The notes under the pieces were generated by a model, which was not told the origin of the DNA, did no database searches, and saw nothing but the letters and a program-made list of their open reading frames with translations. This document shows positions 20,254 to 31,200 of a stretch of 64,000 nucleotides of DNA, one piece after another. A program made the translations under genes and the position numbers. Numbering within the stretch: position 1 is the first letter of the stretch; the number at the start of each line of letters is the position of its first letter. The stretch is from Candidatus Heimdallarchaeota archaeon (GTDB taxonomy: Archaea > Asgardarchaeota > Heimdallarchaeia > Heimdallarchaeales > Heimdallarchaeaceae): positions 1 through 64,000 of the forward strand of contig JAHLWR010000007.1 of assembly GCA_019057815.1 (NCBI GenBank), in the 5' to 3' direction.

Positions 20254-21135
20254 ATGGTTACAAAACAAATAGAATCTAATGGTTTAGAAATTACGAGATC
20301 AAGAACTGGTTTAAAACGAAGCGCAATACAAATCAAAGCAACGATTATTTTTGAATGGCGTCGAAATTTGAAAAATTTAATAATAATGCTCTGCGTAGCT
20401 ACAGCAATTTATGTTCTTACTCTAGTAATTAACCTTATCCTAGAATATAGAACAGGTGAAAGTCCTGAAGATCTTGTAGATTATATCAAATCATTTCTTT
20501 TTATGATTGATTTTCTTATACTGATAATAGCTGCAACTTTCGGGGGGTCAATTATCGCAGAAGATTATCATAGTCAAACTGGAAATTTAGTGTTTCCTAA
20601 AATTACAAAAGCTCGTCTTCTAACGGGTCGTGTTATAGCTAGATATTTGTATTCTGCTTTAACTGTGATATTCTTCTACATGCTTGTTATAATTACCACT
20701 CTAATAAAATATGGGTCAGTATCAGAACTTGTGTGGGTATCAATGGTTTGGTCACTGCTGTATACTTTTCTAGTGTTATCATTTGTGGTTCTCTTTAGTA
20801 GTTTTATGAAAAGCACTTCTGCTACTTTAATCACAAGCATTCTTTTGATATTGATAGTATTCAATTTAGCTAACACAATCCTAATGTTTACAGGTGTAGA
20901 AATTGAGCCATTCTTTATACTAACTTACTATGCTTCTATCATAACTCAAAGTTTTGCTATGCCAACGACAAGGTTTGCAGAAATGTCCTTGGGTCATCCA
21001 GGGGGCGATGGTCCGACATTCATGAGCTGGATAACACCAAGTATAGAAGGTGCTATTGTCGGAATGCTCATCTATTCAGCTATACTGTTAATAGCATCAT
21101 ACTTGTTCTTCAGGAGGAGACAGCAAAAACAATAA
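20254..21135 (+). CDS. ABC-2 transporter permease
   Basis: 6 TM helices, GSIIAED motif; follows the ATPase. Confidence 0.85.
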   Translation: MVTKQIESNGLEITRSRTGLKRSAIQIKATIIFEWRRNLKNLIIMLCVATAIYVLTLVINLILEYRTGESPEDLVDYIKSFLFMIDFLILIIAATFGGSIIAEDYHSQTGNLVFPKITKARLLTGRVIARYLYSALTVIFFYMLVIITTLIKYGSVSELVWVSMVWSLLYTFLVLSFVVLFSSFMKSTSATLITSILLILIVFNLANTILMFTGVEIEPFFILTYYASIITQSFAMPTTRFAEMSLGHPGGDGPTFMSWITPSIEGAIVGMLIYSAILLIASYLFFRRRQQKQ

Positions 21136-21141
21136 AATCAT

Positions 21142-21161
21142 TTAGAAGTTTCGACTTCTAA
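21142..21161 (+). terminator. Hairpin with TTCG loop followed by a T-rich tract
   Basis: TTAGAAGT-TTCG-ACTTCTAA then TATTTTTCTTTTT. Confidence 0.45.
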
Positions 21162-21214
21162 TATTTTTCTTTTTAGATAAAATTAATAAATGGAAAAATA
21201 CGTGTTGAAGTGAA

Positions 21215-22144
21215 ATGGATCAGTCTAAAACTGACTTAAGAATAAGTTGGCAAATGTATAAATCTAATTATAAAGCTTTTATAGCTACAGAGCTTTTTGC
21301 TATTTTCGCATTCTTTCTGATAAACGCAACATTGATGATTATATTAGTGGTAATTTATGCGTTTTCACCTAATCTAGAAGTATCCAATATCTTTGTTGAT
21401 TTAACAAACAAATTTGGAACATCACATATTTTACGCGCTGTCACAGCGTCTATTAGTTTCTTAGTTATGGTAGGTTTTCTTAATTGTCAGTATGGTCTTT
21501 CATATGATATTTTTTCATCTGGTGATATGTTTGCTGAATTTAAAAGCTCTTTTACATACTTCAAGCGTCATTGGTGGCAATATATTATTCTTATATTCGT
21601 TACTGGATTAGGTATGTTTGTACCAAACAGAAATGTAGAAAATGATCCTCCAAGATTTTTAGAGAATGTAAACATTTTTGCACTTCAAATAGCTCGATTC
21701 ATTGTTTTACTTGTTTTTCTGATTTTATTCAGCAGTACATTACCAAGCGTAACAGCACAGGGAAGTTTAATTAAAAGTTTCACTGAATCTTTGAGAATTG
21801 TCCGTAAAAATACAAAAAGATTGGTTAAAACCTGGAGCATCTATTTTCTAATATTCTTTGCTCCCTTAATGGTTTTTTCTATAACCCTAACTGCAGTTTT
21901 TCCTTATATTGAGGGAACATTCTGGATTCCATTGTTTTATAGTATAATACTAGCGATTTATCTTGTCATCTTTTTTGTTGGTTTCCCAATGATGTCTTTA
22001 ATCTCTACGCGAATTTATAATGATGTCGATTTTAAGAGAGAAAAGCCTTTTGTACAACAATCAAACTTCTCTAAAGCTACAAAACAGAAACAAAATGCTT
22101 CAAAAATCAGTCTTGAGGAAGTATCGGAAGATAAGGCGGGATAA
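21215..22144 (+). CDS. Integral membrane protein
   Basis: About 6 TM helices, in the ABC operon. Confidence 0.75.
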   Translation: MDQSKTDLRISWQMYKSNYKAFIATELFAIFAFFLINATLMIILVVIYAFSPNLEVSNIFVDLTNKFGTSHILRAVTASISFLVMVGFLNCQYGLSYDIFSSGDMFAEFKSSFTYFKRHWWQYIILIFVTGLGMFVPNRNVENDPPRFLENVNIFALQIARFIVLLVFLILFSSTLPSVTAQGSLIKSFTESLRIVRKNTKRLVKTWSIYFLIFFAPLMVFSITLTAVFPYIEGTFWIPLFYSIILAIYLVIFFVGFPMMSLISTRIYNDVDFKREKPFVQQSNFSKATKQKQNASKISLEEVSEDKAG

Positions 22145-22145
22145 A

Positions 22146-22469
22146 ATGCGATACAAAAGCGATTCTGTAACTACTGATCAGGTTCAGATTAAAGAAGAAA
22201 TCGATGTCACAGATCCTGCTGTTATCCCAATAATTTTCCATGAGAAAAAAAGTTTAATCCTTCAACTACTTATAAAAAAAGAGATGACTATAATAGATCT
22301 GAAAAAAACTATAAAAATGAACCCAGGAACGATTAAACGTCATATAAATGATTTGTTGAAATATAATTTAGTTTTTGTTTCCCGAACAGAGAAAAATGAA
22401 TTCAGTATAATAATGAAATATTATAGAGCTTCTGCTAAAAGATTTAACTTTGAAATTTCTTGGCCTTAA
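22146..22469 (+). CDS. ArsR-like winged-helix regulator
   Basis: ILQLLIKKEMTIIDL..NPGTIKRHINDLLKYNLV..KYYRA. Confidence 0.85.
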   Translation: MRYKSDSVTTDQVQIKEEIDVTDPAVIPIIFHEKKSLILQLLIKKEMTIIDLKKTIKMNPGTIKRHINDLLKYNLVFVSRTEKNEFSIIMKYYRASAKRFNFEISWP

Positions 22470-22534
22470 CAATTAACAATATTGTTATTCTTCAATTGAG
22501 AATCTTTTAATAATTGTGCTCTCTTTTCTGAAAT

Positions 22535-23935
22535 ATGCTCAACAGGGAAGTACTTATTGATGGTTTATCGGAAGGAGAAAAACTAGGAGCAGAATATGTT
22601 GAACTAAGGTACCAGGACAAGTATCTGGCAAATTTCCAATATAGAGACGGTGAGTTCGTTAATACAACGGGTTCAAGAGAAGGTGTATGTGTTAGAGCAC
22701 TTGTTGATGGTAGCTGGGCTCTAGCGAGTACCAATAAAACTGAAAGAGATGAAATTATTCGAACTGTTCAAAAAGCAGTTAAGCTTGCCAGAGGTTCTGC
22801 TCCATCAAAAGAAAAGAAAATTTCATTGGCTGAGGTTGATATAGTAGAAGATAAAGTTATATCCCCTCGAAAAATAGATTTGAGAGATATTTCTGTTGAT
22901 GAAAAAATTCAAAAGATTAGTGAAGCAGCTAAAAAAGCTCAAGATTTTCCATTAGTAAAGAGTTTAACTATAAATTATAATGAAATTGTTGATAAAAGGA
23001 TAGTAGTCACAAACGAAGGGACACGTGTGGAATGGGAAGACATGAAACCCACTCTCACTGCTATGGCTGTGGCTATAGATGAAGGAAAAATGGCTACAGG
23101 ATATGTTTCCTGGGGTCACACATGTGGAGCAGAGTTCTTTGATTGGCATCCTATCGATGATATGGTCGAAAAAGCTTCAAACAAAGCATCAAAACTCACC
23201 AAAGCTACTCTACCACCAGCGGGTGTCCAAAGTATCTTACTCGACCCTCAATTAGTAGGAGTTCTAGCACATGAAGCAATTGGACATACTGCTGAAGCAG
23301 ATTTAGTTGTTGCAGGATCGTTCACCCAAGGAAAAATAGGTAAAAAAGTTTGTGATGAGAGAATCACCTTAGTAGATGTTCCATTCAAAGAAGGATCGAA
23401 ATGGATGGGAGCAGGATGGTTGCCTTACGATGATGAGGGTGTAAAAGGTAGAGAGACAAAAATAGTCACAAATGGTATTATGACAGAATATATGACTAAT
23501 AGAGCTTTCGCTTTTGAATTAGAAATGGAACCCAGTGGTAATGCGAGAGCTTATACTTTTGCAGATGAACCTATTGTCAGGATGCGTAATACATTCATCG
23601 AACCTGGAGATATGAGCCTTGAAGAACTAAGTGAAGCTATAGGTGATGGTTATGTCTTAAAATCTCTAATGAATGGACAAGCTGACAGTTCAAGTGAATT
23701 TATGTTTGGTGTTGTTGAAGCTTTTGCTATAAAAAATGGTGAGATTACAGATGAGATATTTCAAGGTCCAGTTTTTACTGGAAACGCTTTTGAAGTTCTG
23801 AGTAACATTATTGGTGTTGGAAAGGATTTTGACATCAACCTTGGTAGTGGTTTCTGCGGAAAAGAACAACCTGCTAAAGTTGATGCTGGAGGACCACACA
23901 TAGCTGTCAAAGCTATGTTAGCTGGAGGCAATTAA
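22535..23935 (+). CDS. tldD: TldD metalloprotease
   Basis: HEAIGHTAEAD, YDDEG, RMRNT, GFCGK. Confidence 0.95.
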   Translation: MLNREVLIDGLSEGEKLGAEYVELRYQDKYLANFQYRDGEFVNTTGSREGVCVRALVDGSWALASTNKTERDEIIRTVQKAVKLARGSAPSKEKKISLAEVDIVEDKVISPRKIDLRDISVDEKIQKISEAAKKAQDFPLVKSLTINYNEIVDKRIVVTNEGTRVEWEDMKPTLTAMAVAIDEGKMATGYVSWGHTCGAEFFDWHPIDDMVEKASNKASKLTKATLPPAGVQSILLDPQLVGVLAHEAIGHTAEADLVVAGSFTQGKIGKKVCDERITLVDVPFKEGSKWMGAGWLPYDDEGVKGRETKIVTNGIMTEYMTNRAFAFELEMEPSGNARAYTFADEPIVRMRNTFIEPGDMSLEELSEAIGDGYVLKSLMNGQADSSSEFMFGVVEAFAIKNGEITDEIFQGPVFTGNAFEVLSNIIGVGKDFDINLGSGFCGKEQPAKVDAGGPHIAVKAMLAGGN

Positions 23936-23936
23936 A

Positions 23937-25325
23937 ATGTCAGATATAGAATTAACACCTGAATATTTGCTCTCTCTATCATCGAAAATTTCAGACTTTG
24001 CTACTTCTAAAGATATTCACGCAGCTGAAGTTATGTTTATTGATTCTAGAAAGATTCAGATAATGTGTTCAGGTCAGTCTATTAGTACAGCTCGAGAAAC
24101 TTCTGAATTAGGATTTGCTGTAAGAGTATTAAGAAATAATACAGAAGGATTTTCTTATACTAACAAACATGATGTCGACTCCTTAAAACAATGTGCAACA
24201 GAAGCAATAAAAATGGCTGGAGTATCTCCCCCTAAACCTGGATCGAGGTTTTCCCTACCTGCAGACTATGCTGAGATTGAGGGGATATTTAGCAAAAATT
24301 TAGCAGATACAACAATTGATGAAATAATTATCTATGCAAATGAAATCCTAAAGCCATTTCAAGAATCTCCAATCGATATTAAAACTGAGTTGAGTACAAT
24401 CCTAATATCCGAGACAGGTGTAGGTATAGTAAACTCTCTGGGAGTAGAAGGTTTTTACAAGACAAATGCGATGAATGGAGGTTTTATGGCTATCGCAAGA
24501 GAAGGAGAAAAAGTTGGTTCTCTTGTAACGGATGACTTTTTCACTAGAGATCCTTCAACAATAGATTTCAGGAGATTTGGAAAGGATCTGTGTGAAAGGG
24601 CAGTAAGAAATATAAGAGCTGAAAAAGCTACCGGGATAGAATCAGATATTGTGGTTTTTGAACCAAATGCTGTTTTCAACCCAATATATCTTACAATGAC
24701 ATTGGCTTTAGCTGCCGATAAAGTGCAACGAAATCAATCCATGTGGAAAGATAAACTAGCTGATACTATTGCAGTAAAGGAGCTTGAATTTGTAGATGAT
24801 CCTCTCACAAAAGAAGCAGGAACAGGTGCAAGAGTATTTGATGATGAAGGGGTTCCGACCCAAAAAACTGATTTAATCAAAGATGGAGTGCTAGAGAATT
24901 TCATTTTTGATGAACTAACTGCAAGTAGAGCTCAAACAGTATCAACGGGGAATTCCTATAGAGGTCAAGGAGGTACTAGCTTTATGAATCCACCCAATTT
25001 CATATTTACAAATGGTGGTATGATCTCACCTGGAAAGCAGACTCCTGAAGAGCTAATTGAAGATATAAAAACGGGTATAACCTTTGAATATTTCGCAGGT
25101 TCTATCACTATTGAAAACGGTGTTTTCAGTGGAGTTGCTAAAGGAGCTCAATTAATAAAGAATGGTTCTATTGAAAAACCTTTGACCAATGTAACTATTT
25201 CTGGTAATGTCTTTGATGTATTAAACAACATTGAAGGTTTCGGAAATGACTTAAAACTTGTAAATGCAATGATGAGAACTCCTTCAATCAGAGTAAAGGG
25301 AATAACAATAAGCACTCAAAAATAA
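23937..25325 (+). CDS. pmbA: PmbA/TldE protein
   Basis: FDDEGVPT, STGNS, ISGNVFDVL; lacks HExxH; coupled to tldD. Confidence 0.9.
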   Translation: MSDIELTPEYLLSLSSKISDFATSKDIHAAEVMFIDSRKIQIMCSGQSISTARETSELGFAVRVLRNNTEGFSYTNKHDVDSLKQCATEAIKMAGVSPPKPGSRFSLPADYAEIEGIFSKNLADTTIDEIIIYANEILKPFQESPIDIKTELSTILISETGVGIVNSLGVEGFYKTNAMNGGFMAIAREGEKVGSLVTDDFFTRDPSTIDFRRFGKDLCERAVRNIRAEKATGIESDIVVFEPNAVFNPIYLTMTLALAADKVQRNQSMWKDKLADTIAVKELEFVDDPLTKEAGTGARVFDDEGVPTQKTDLIKDGVLENFIFDELTASRAQTVSTGNSYRGQGGTSFMNPPNFIFTNGGMISPGKQTPEELIEDIKTGITFEYFAGSITIENGVFSGVAKGAQLIKNGSIEKPLTNVTISGNVFDVLNNIEGFGNDLKLVNAMMRTPSIRVKGITISTQK

Positions 25326-25431
25326 CCTATGTGATTAACAAGGAAAGAAAATGGTCTGAGTTTTTCTTTACTATTTTATAATGAGATAAGATAATAGATT
25401 TTATATATATCCACCTTAAAAATAAAAACCC

Positions 25432-26934
25432 ATGCTTGAAACAGTACTTGTAGCTAATCGAGGAGAAATAGCTGTAAGAATCATTAGAGCTTGTAAAATC
25501 CTCAATATTAAGACTATTGCCCTTTTTACAGATGATGATGCTTTATCACTTTCTGTTAAGCTAGCTGACGAAGCCTATTCACTTGGCTCTGGTACTGTTG
25601 AAGAAACTTATCTTAATATACCAAAAATAGTAGATTTAGCCTCTGAAGCTGGAGCTGATGCAATTCATCCAGGCTATGGATTTTTAAGCGAAAATTCAAC
25701 TTTTTCACTCGAAATTAACAAGAAGGGTCTAATCTTCATTGGACCATCTCCAGAAATTTTGCAATCTTTAGGAGACAAAGTAGAAGCTAGAAAACTTGCA
25801 AAGAAGAGTGGTATTCCAATTATTCCTGGATCTGATGGTTATATCTCTTCCCTTGATGATGCAGAGAAAGTAGCAGAAGAAATTGGATATCCTATTATTA
25901 TAAAAGCAGTTTTTGGAGGTGGGGGAAGAGGGATGGAAATTGTTAAGTCAAATGAAAGTCTTGAAGTAGCATTAATGGGTTGTCAAGCAATAGCTGAAAA
26001 TTTCTTCGGAAGCAAAGAAGTTTTCATAGAAAAATACATTTCATCTCCAAAACACATTGAAATTCAATTTCTGGCTGATAATTACGATAATGTTATTCAT
26101 TTAGGTGACAGAGAGTGCTCGATTCAGCGCTCGCATCAAAAAATCATAGAGGAAGCTCCATCATTCTTGTCAACACAAAAAAGAATGGAAATGGGCTCTG
26201 ATGTCTGTAAATTGATTTCTAATATTTCTTATAGAAATGCTGGAACAGTTGAATTTCTTTGGAAAGAGGATAAGATTTACTTTAATGAAATAAATCCCAG
26301 AATTCAAGTTGAGCACCCTATTACAGAAATGATTACTGGTGTAGATCTAGTTGTTCAACAAATAAGAATTGCTAGAAATGAAGAATTGCAATTTAAACAA
26401 AAAGATATTAATTTCAAAGGACATGCGATAGAATATAGAATTAATGCAGAAGACCCTCTTCAATCCTACTTACCTCAAACAGGAGTAGTAGACGAGTTGC
26501 TTGTACCAGGAGGGCATAATGTTAGATTTGACTCCTTTTTATACCCATCTTGCAAAATCCCAGCATCTTATGATTCTCTAATTGGAAAACTAATAATCTG
26601 GGGTAACAATCGGCAAGAAGCTATTGAGAGATCAATGATGGCATTAAAGGAACTTACTATCTCAGGAGTGACAACAAATATTTCTCTACATCAAGCTATT
26701 TTAGAAACTAAGGAATTCGTTAATCGGGAAGTTAACACAGATTTCCTTGAAAAAGCGCGAATTAAGGATATTTTGAATCATTTTGAAAAAATGAAACTAG
26801 TTGCGACTATTTCAGCTTACTATAAGAATAAAGAGAACCAAAAATCATCTGCAATCATTCAAAAGAAAAATCAGCAAGCAGTTAACCGTTGGGGATTACA
26901 AAGCAAAGTTGAGCAACAAAGAAACTACCCTTGA
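25432..26934 (+). CDS. accC: Biotin carboxylase subunit of acyl-CoA carboxylase
   Basis: VANRGEIAVR, HPGYGFLSEN, GGGGRGM, RECSIQR, EINPRIQVEH, RINAED. Confidence 0.95.
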   Translation: MLETVLVANRGEIAVRIIRACKILNIKTIALFTDDDALSLSVKLADEAYSLGSGTVEETYLNIPKIVDLASEAGADAIHPGYGFLSENSTFSLEINKKGLIFIGPSPEILQSLGDKVEARKLAKKSGIPIIPGSDGYISSLDDAEKVAEEIGYPIIIKAVFGGGGRGMEIVKSNESLEVALMGCQAIAENFFGSKEVFIEKYISSPKHIEIQFLADNYDNVIHLGDRECSIQRSHQKIIEEAPSFLSTQKRMEMGSDVCKLISNISYRNAGTVEFLWKEDKIYFNEINPRIQVEHPITEMITGVDLVVQQIRIARNEELQFKQKDINFKGHAIEYRINAEDPLQSYLPQTGVVDELLVPGGHNVRFDSFLYPSCKIPASYDSLIGKLIIWGNNRQEAIERSMMALKELTISGVTTNISLHQAILETKEFVNREVNTDFLEKARIKDILNHFEKMKLVATISAYYKNKENQKSSAIIQKKNQQAVNRWGLQSKVEQQRNYP

Positions 26935-26958
26935 TGAAGCAACCAGGATGTAACTAAG

Positions 26959-27432
26959 TTGAAAAAGAAGGTAAGATTTCAAGGGAGAGAATATATCATC
27001 GAACAACTGGCAAATGGTGATATTATTGTAAACAAAGAGAGATTTTCTCCTGTTGTTTCCAATATTGGAAATCTCTACAAAGTAACAGTAAGTGATCATT
27101 ATTTTACCATCGAGTTTAAGAATCAAAAGATATATGTTGATGGAGAAGAAGTTTCAGTAGAAGTAAAACCTCATATTCCCGTAGTTTCAAGGAAAATGTC
27201 AGAAAGAGAGCATAGAACGGTAAAAATAGAAGCTCCTATACCAGGAAAAATCGTCCAAATATTAGTGAAAAAAGGGGACAAAATTGCCAAAGACCAAGAA
27301 TTGATTATACTTGAAGCTATGAAAATGAGAAACAGGATTTTAGCAACACAGAGTGGTGAAATTTCTGAAATAAAAGTAAAAGAAGGGGATATGGTCAAAC
27401 AAGACCAGATATTATTAATAATAGAAGGATGA
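26959..27432 (+). CDS. Biotin carboxyl carrier protein
   Basis: APIPGKI..LEAMKM biotinylation motif. Confidence 0.95.
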   Translation: MKKKVRFQGREYIIEQLANGDIIVNKERFSPVVSNIGNLYKVTVSDHYFTIEFKNQKIYVDGEEVSVEVKPHIPVVSRKMSEREHRTVKIEAPIPGKIVQILVKKGDKIAKDQELIILEAMKMRNRILATQSGEISEIKVKEGDMVKQDQILLIIEG

Positions 27433-27439
27433 AGACAGA

Positions 27440-28237
27440 TTACATATCAATCATTTCAATATTTTTTCTCTTCAAATTTGTTTCTAGAAATGTAAGGAAT
27501 ATTCTTTTCATTTCTTCCAAATGTTCATTTCTAGTAAAGTTATGATTAGCTTTTTCTATAACATAAAATTCTTTTTTGATTTCATTTGACACCTTTGAAT
27601 ATAGTTCTTTAAATCCAGCAATTGGTAGAATTTCATCATTATCTCCAACTACAAAACAGATAGGACATTTGATATTTTTAATTAGTTTTTTGGGGTTGTA
27701 ATGCATAGTTTGCGTTTTAAATCCTTTTTTCAAGTCTATAACTGGAAATCGCATTTGTTCATTTCTGACCCATATCTTTGTTAAATCCTCAAAAGCAATA
27801 GTTTTTGGAATCACTTCAGTATCAAAAACTGGAGATCTTACTACTAAACACTTAATTCTCGTATCTCGTGCTGCGTGACTAATCGCCATTGCACCTCCGA
27901 AACTTTCACCAAACAAAGCAATTCTAGAAGGATCAATTTCTGGAAGATGAAGGAGTTCAGTAATAATTGTATTAATGTTTAAATGAGAATTGTAAAAATC
28001 AAAAAATCCAGTACTATTTCTAACTCCTTGATAATCAAAAGAGAAAAAAGCATAAGATTTATTCACGAAGTCTTTGGCAAATCTTTTTTCATCTTTTTCA
28101 GGGGGAAAACCAGGCATACCATTACAATGGATTACCAAAGGAAACTGCCCTTCAGTTGAGGGAGTATATAGAATACAATTGACTCTTTCTCTTCCACATC
28201 TAATACTATACTTCTTTTTCCTCATCATTTTTATCAT
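27440..28237 (-). CDS. Alpha/beta-fold hydrolase (candidate thioesterase/acyltransferase)
   Basis: GESFGG nucleophile elbow, GDNDE, ANHNF; overlaps the megasynthase stop. Confidence 0.85.
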   Translation of the reverse strand: MIKMMRKKKYSIRCGRERVNCILYTPSTEGQFPLVIHCNGMPGFPPEKDEKRFAKDFVNKSYAFFSFDYQGVRNSTGFFDFYNSHLNINTIITELLHLPEIDPSRIALFGESFGGAMAISHAARDTRIKCLVVRSPVFDTEVIPKTIAFEDLTKIWVRNEQMRFPVIDLKKGFKTQTMHYNPKKLIKNIKCPICFVVGDNDEILPIAGFKELYSKVSNEIKKEFYVIEKANHNFTRNEHLEEMKRIFLTFLETNLKRKNIEMIDM

Positions 28238-31200
28238 CCTGTTTTATTTCACATACACTGATAGAATACTCTCCAACAAGCTTGTTTTCAATAATAAAGG
28301 AGTTACTCTTTTGTTTGAGTGAATCTTTCACTTTTGATACGAAGTCAACACTGAATTCTTTCTCTTTTCCACCACTTGATAGTTCTATATCGTGCAATTT
28401 CATATTCAATCCTTCACCTAATGCTTTTGTTACAGCTTCCTTGACAGTCCAATATTGAGTTCCAAGAACTTTGTCACCAGAAATGTTTTCCCTCTCATTT
28501 TCTGTGAATGCTTCTTCGTAGAAAGAAGGCTTTCTTTCCTCAATCTTTTCAATATCAATTCCAATAGGATCTTTAGATATTGTAGCTATTGCATACTTTC
28601 CTGAATGACTTATAGAAAGATTCCAATCACTTCTCTTCTTATCTTTTCGTGAATAAAGGAAGGGTTGTCCTTTTACTTGTTTTTTGATTTCGATTTCTTT
28701 ATAATCCTCAAATTCAGACACAGTAGAATATAGCTCTTTTGCTGCTAAAACACCAGCAATATACTCAATTTTTCTTTTCTGATTAGCTATTCGAGAGTAT
28801 CTAGATTTTTCATGAGCAACTAGCCATGATTCAACAAAATTAGGTTCTTTCTCGTATAATGCTGCAATTGTGGAAATAGGAACAATTCTTACTTTCTTTT
28901 CTGAAAATTGAGAATTTATCTGATAATATTCAGAGATTTCTTCAATCTTATTTTTAATGGATTCTTCAAGATCTAGTGGAATTCTTGTGTGAATCATACC
29001 TAATTTATCGAGTATGATAATAACATTTCCTTCTTTATCAGTAATCCAGACATTGAAATAACTTGTTGTTTTATCTGATTTTACAAATTCAGCTTTAGCA
29101 TAGGCAGGTGAGGATTCATTGAGAATCGTGAGTTTCTTTATGGTTGAAGGCAGAGAAAATTGCTTGTTGATAATTAGATCATAAAGACCTGCAGTTTGTA
29201 GAGCTGCTTCAACTGCTAGTGGACTAATCTCTAATTGTTGATCTTTATTCTTGAATAAAGGAAATTGTGGAATTGAAATCTTAGCAAGAACTATATTATT
29301 CTTGATTTCTTGCAATTCATCAATCACTTGGAAACTCTTTCGGTGAAAGTACATATCGTATATATCACTCTTTGTGAGTAAAGATGTTTTTCTTTCAAGG
29401 ATTTTCAGTTGTTTTACTTTAGGTAGTTTCTTCGATTCCTTTATAGATGCCACAAAATGTTCCTTTTCTATAGTTTTAGCATTTTTAACCTTTGGCGTAA
29501 AGAGTGTTTTGACAGAAAAATGTCCTCGTTCTGGATTGTATTCAACAAGAATTTCCTTATCTTCCTTTTTCTTTTGTTTAATAGCTAGATTAAATCCTAT
29601 ATCGTTGAACTCGTTAGGTTTACTTTTATTAATAATCTTGAACATCTCTGCAAATGTTTCAAGTCCCATAACTCCAGGGAATATAGGAATATTTTGTATC
29701 TGATGATCTTGCAAGAACAAATCATTTTGGAAGGATAAGATTCTATTTCCAACTATTTTTCCTTCCTTTTGATAAGTAGTATCTATCATAGGAAAATCAT
29801 TTTGTACTATCTTATCTGTCACAGGAAAATCGTCTGAAGGTGGTTTTGCAATCTCTTGCTCGTTTTCTGTCATAAATCCCAGTTTACCTGCAACAATTAC
29901 TTCGTTGTCAATGTCTTTTTCAAGAAGTTCTACAAACTTTTTTGTACCTTCTTTGGGAGGTATAGGTGTTATTCCAACTGATTGCAATATATCAAGTATA
30001 GATCCTTTTGTAGCCATTCCAATATCAGCCCAAGCAGACCAGTTAATAGCTAAAGAAGGTATTCCCTTCTGGCTTAGCATCCAACACATTCTTGATAGGT
30101 ACCCATTTGCAAATGAATAGTCGATTTGCCCTGTATTTCCGAATCTTCCAGCTATTGATGAAAAACAAATAACTCTTTTTAGTTGAGTTTGATCAATATT
30201 ATTAAGTACATTCCATATTCCTTCAACTTTTACAGAAACAATTACTCTTGATTTCTCAATCTTTTTCTTCTTGAATGACTTAGATTCCTCCAACCCTGCT
30301 GCATGAACTAATACTGTTATTGGTATGTCAAAGTCTTCTTTCACTTGTTCTAAAGCTTCTTTTATAGAGTTAACATTCCTAACATCTACAGAATAGAAGT
30401 TGGCTTCAATATCTTGTTCATAAAGATATAGCATGTTCTTTGCAACTTCAATTTGACTCAAGAATCTTTGCCATTCCCGTTCTAGAATAACAGGTGTTAC
30501 TTTTTCATGTTTACTTTGCAGTTCTACTTTCAATTCTTGCTTTTTTACTTTTAATATTTCATCAGAGTACCAAACAACTTCATCCATGTCTTCTGGTAAC
30601 CTTTCAATACCAAACAGGGCTAATTTAGGTTTAGATTTCTGGCACAATCTCTTAATGCACTCAAAAGTGATTCCTCTTCCTCCTCCAAGTACAAGAATCA
30701 AGTCTTCATTTGTAATTTGATTTTTCTCTGTAATAGTGTTAAGGTCTAGTTTTTGAATATTTTGTAATGTGAATCGCTTAGAATCTTTGTACGCTATTTC
30801 TTTATAATCATCCCAGTATTCTAGTTCAAGCAGTATTTTTTTAATAGATGATGAATAAATGTGTTTTACTTTAATATCAAATTCAAAACCTAATGTTTTC
30901 ACGAAACCTGAAATTCCCCCTGAAACAGGTACTGCATTTCCATAAAGACCGAACATCTCTTCTGTAGATATAATTGCTATTTTTAATTTCGGAGATATTT
31001 CCAAGGCTTGGAAGAGTAGGAATAATTGCTCGAAATATTGTTGATCAACAAGTCCTGCTGAGGATGCAAGGCTTGGTGGAGTTAATAGGATTAAATCATA
31101 ATCTCTTTTCTCTACTTCATCCAATTTGTAATTTAGAATATCTACTGAATTATATCTACAATTTTGTTGGTTTAGCTCTTTTAACAACTCTTTTGTAATA

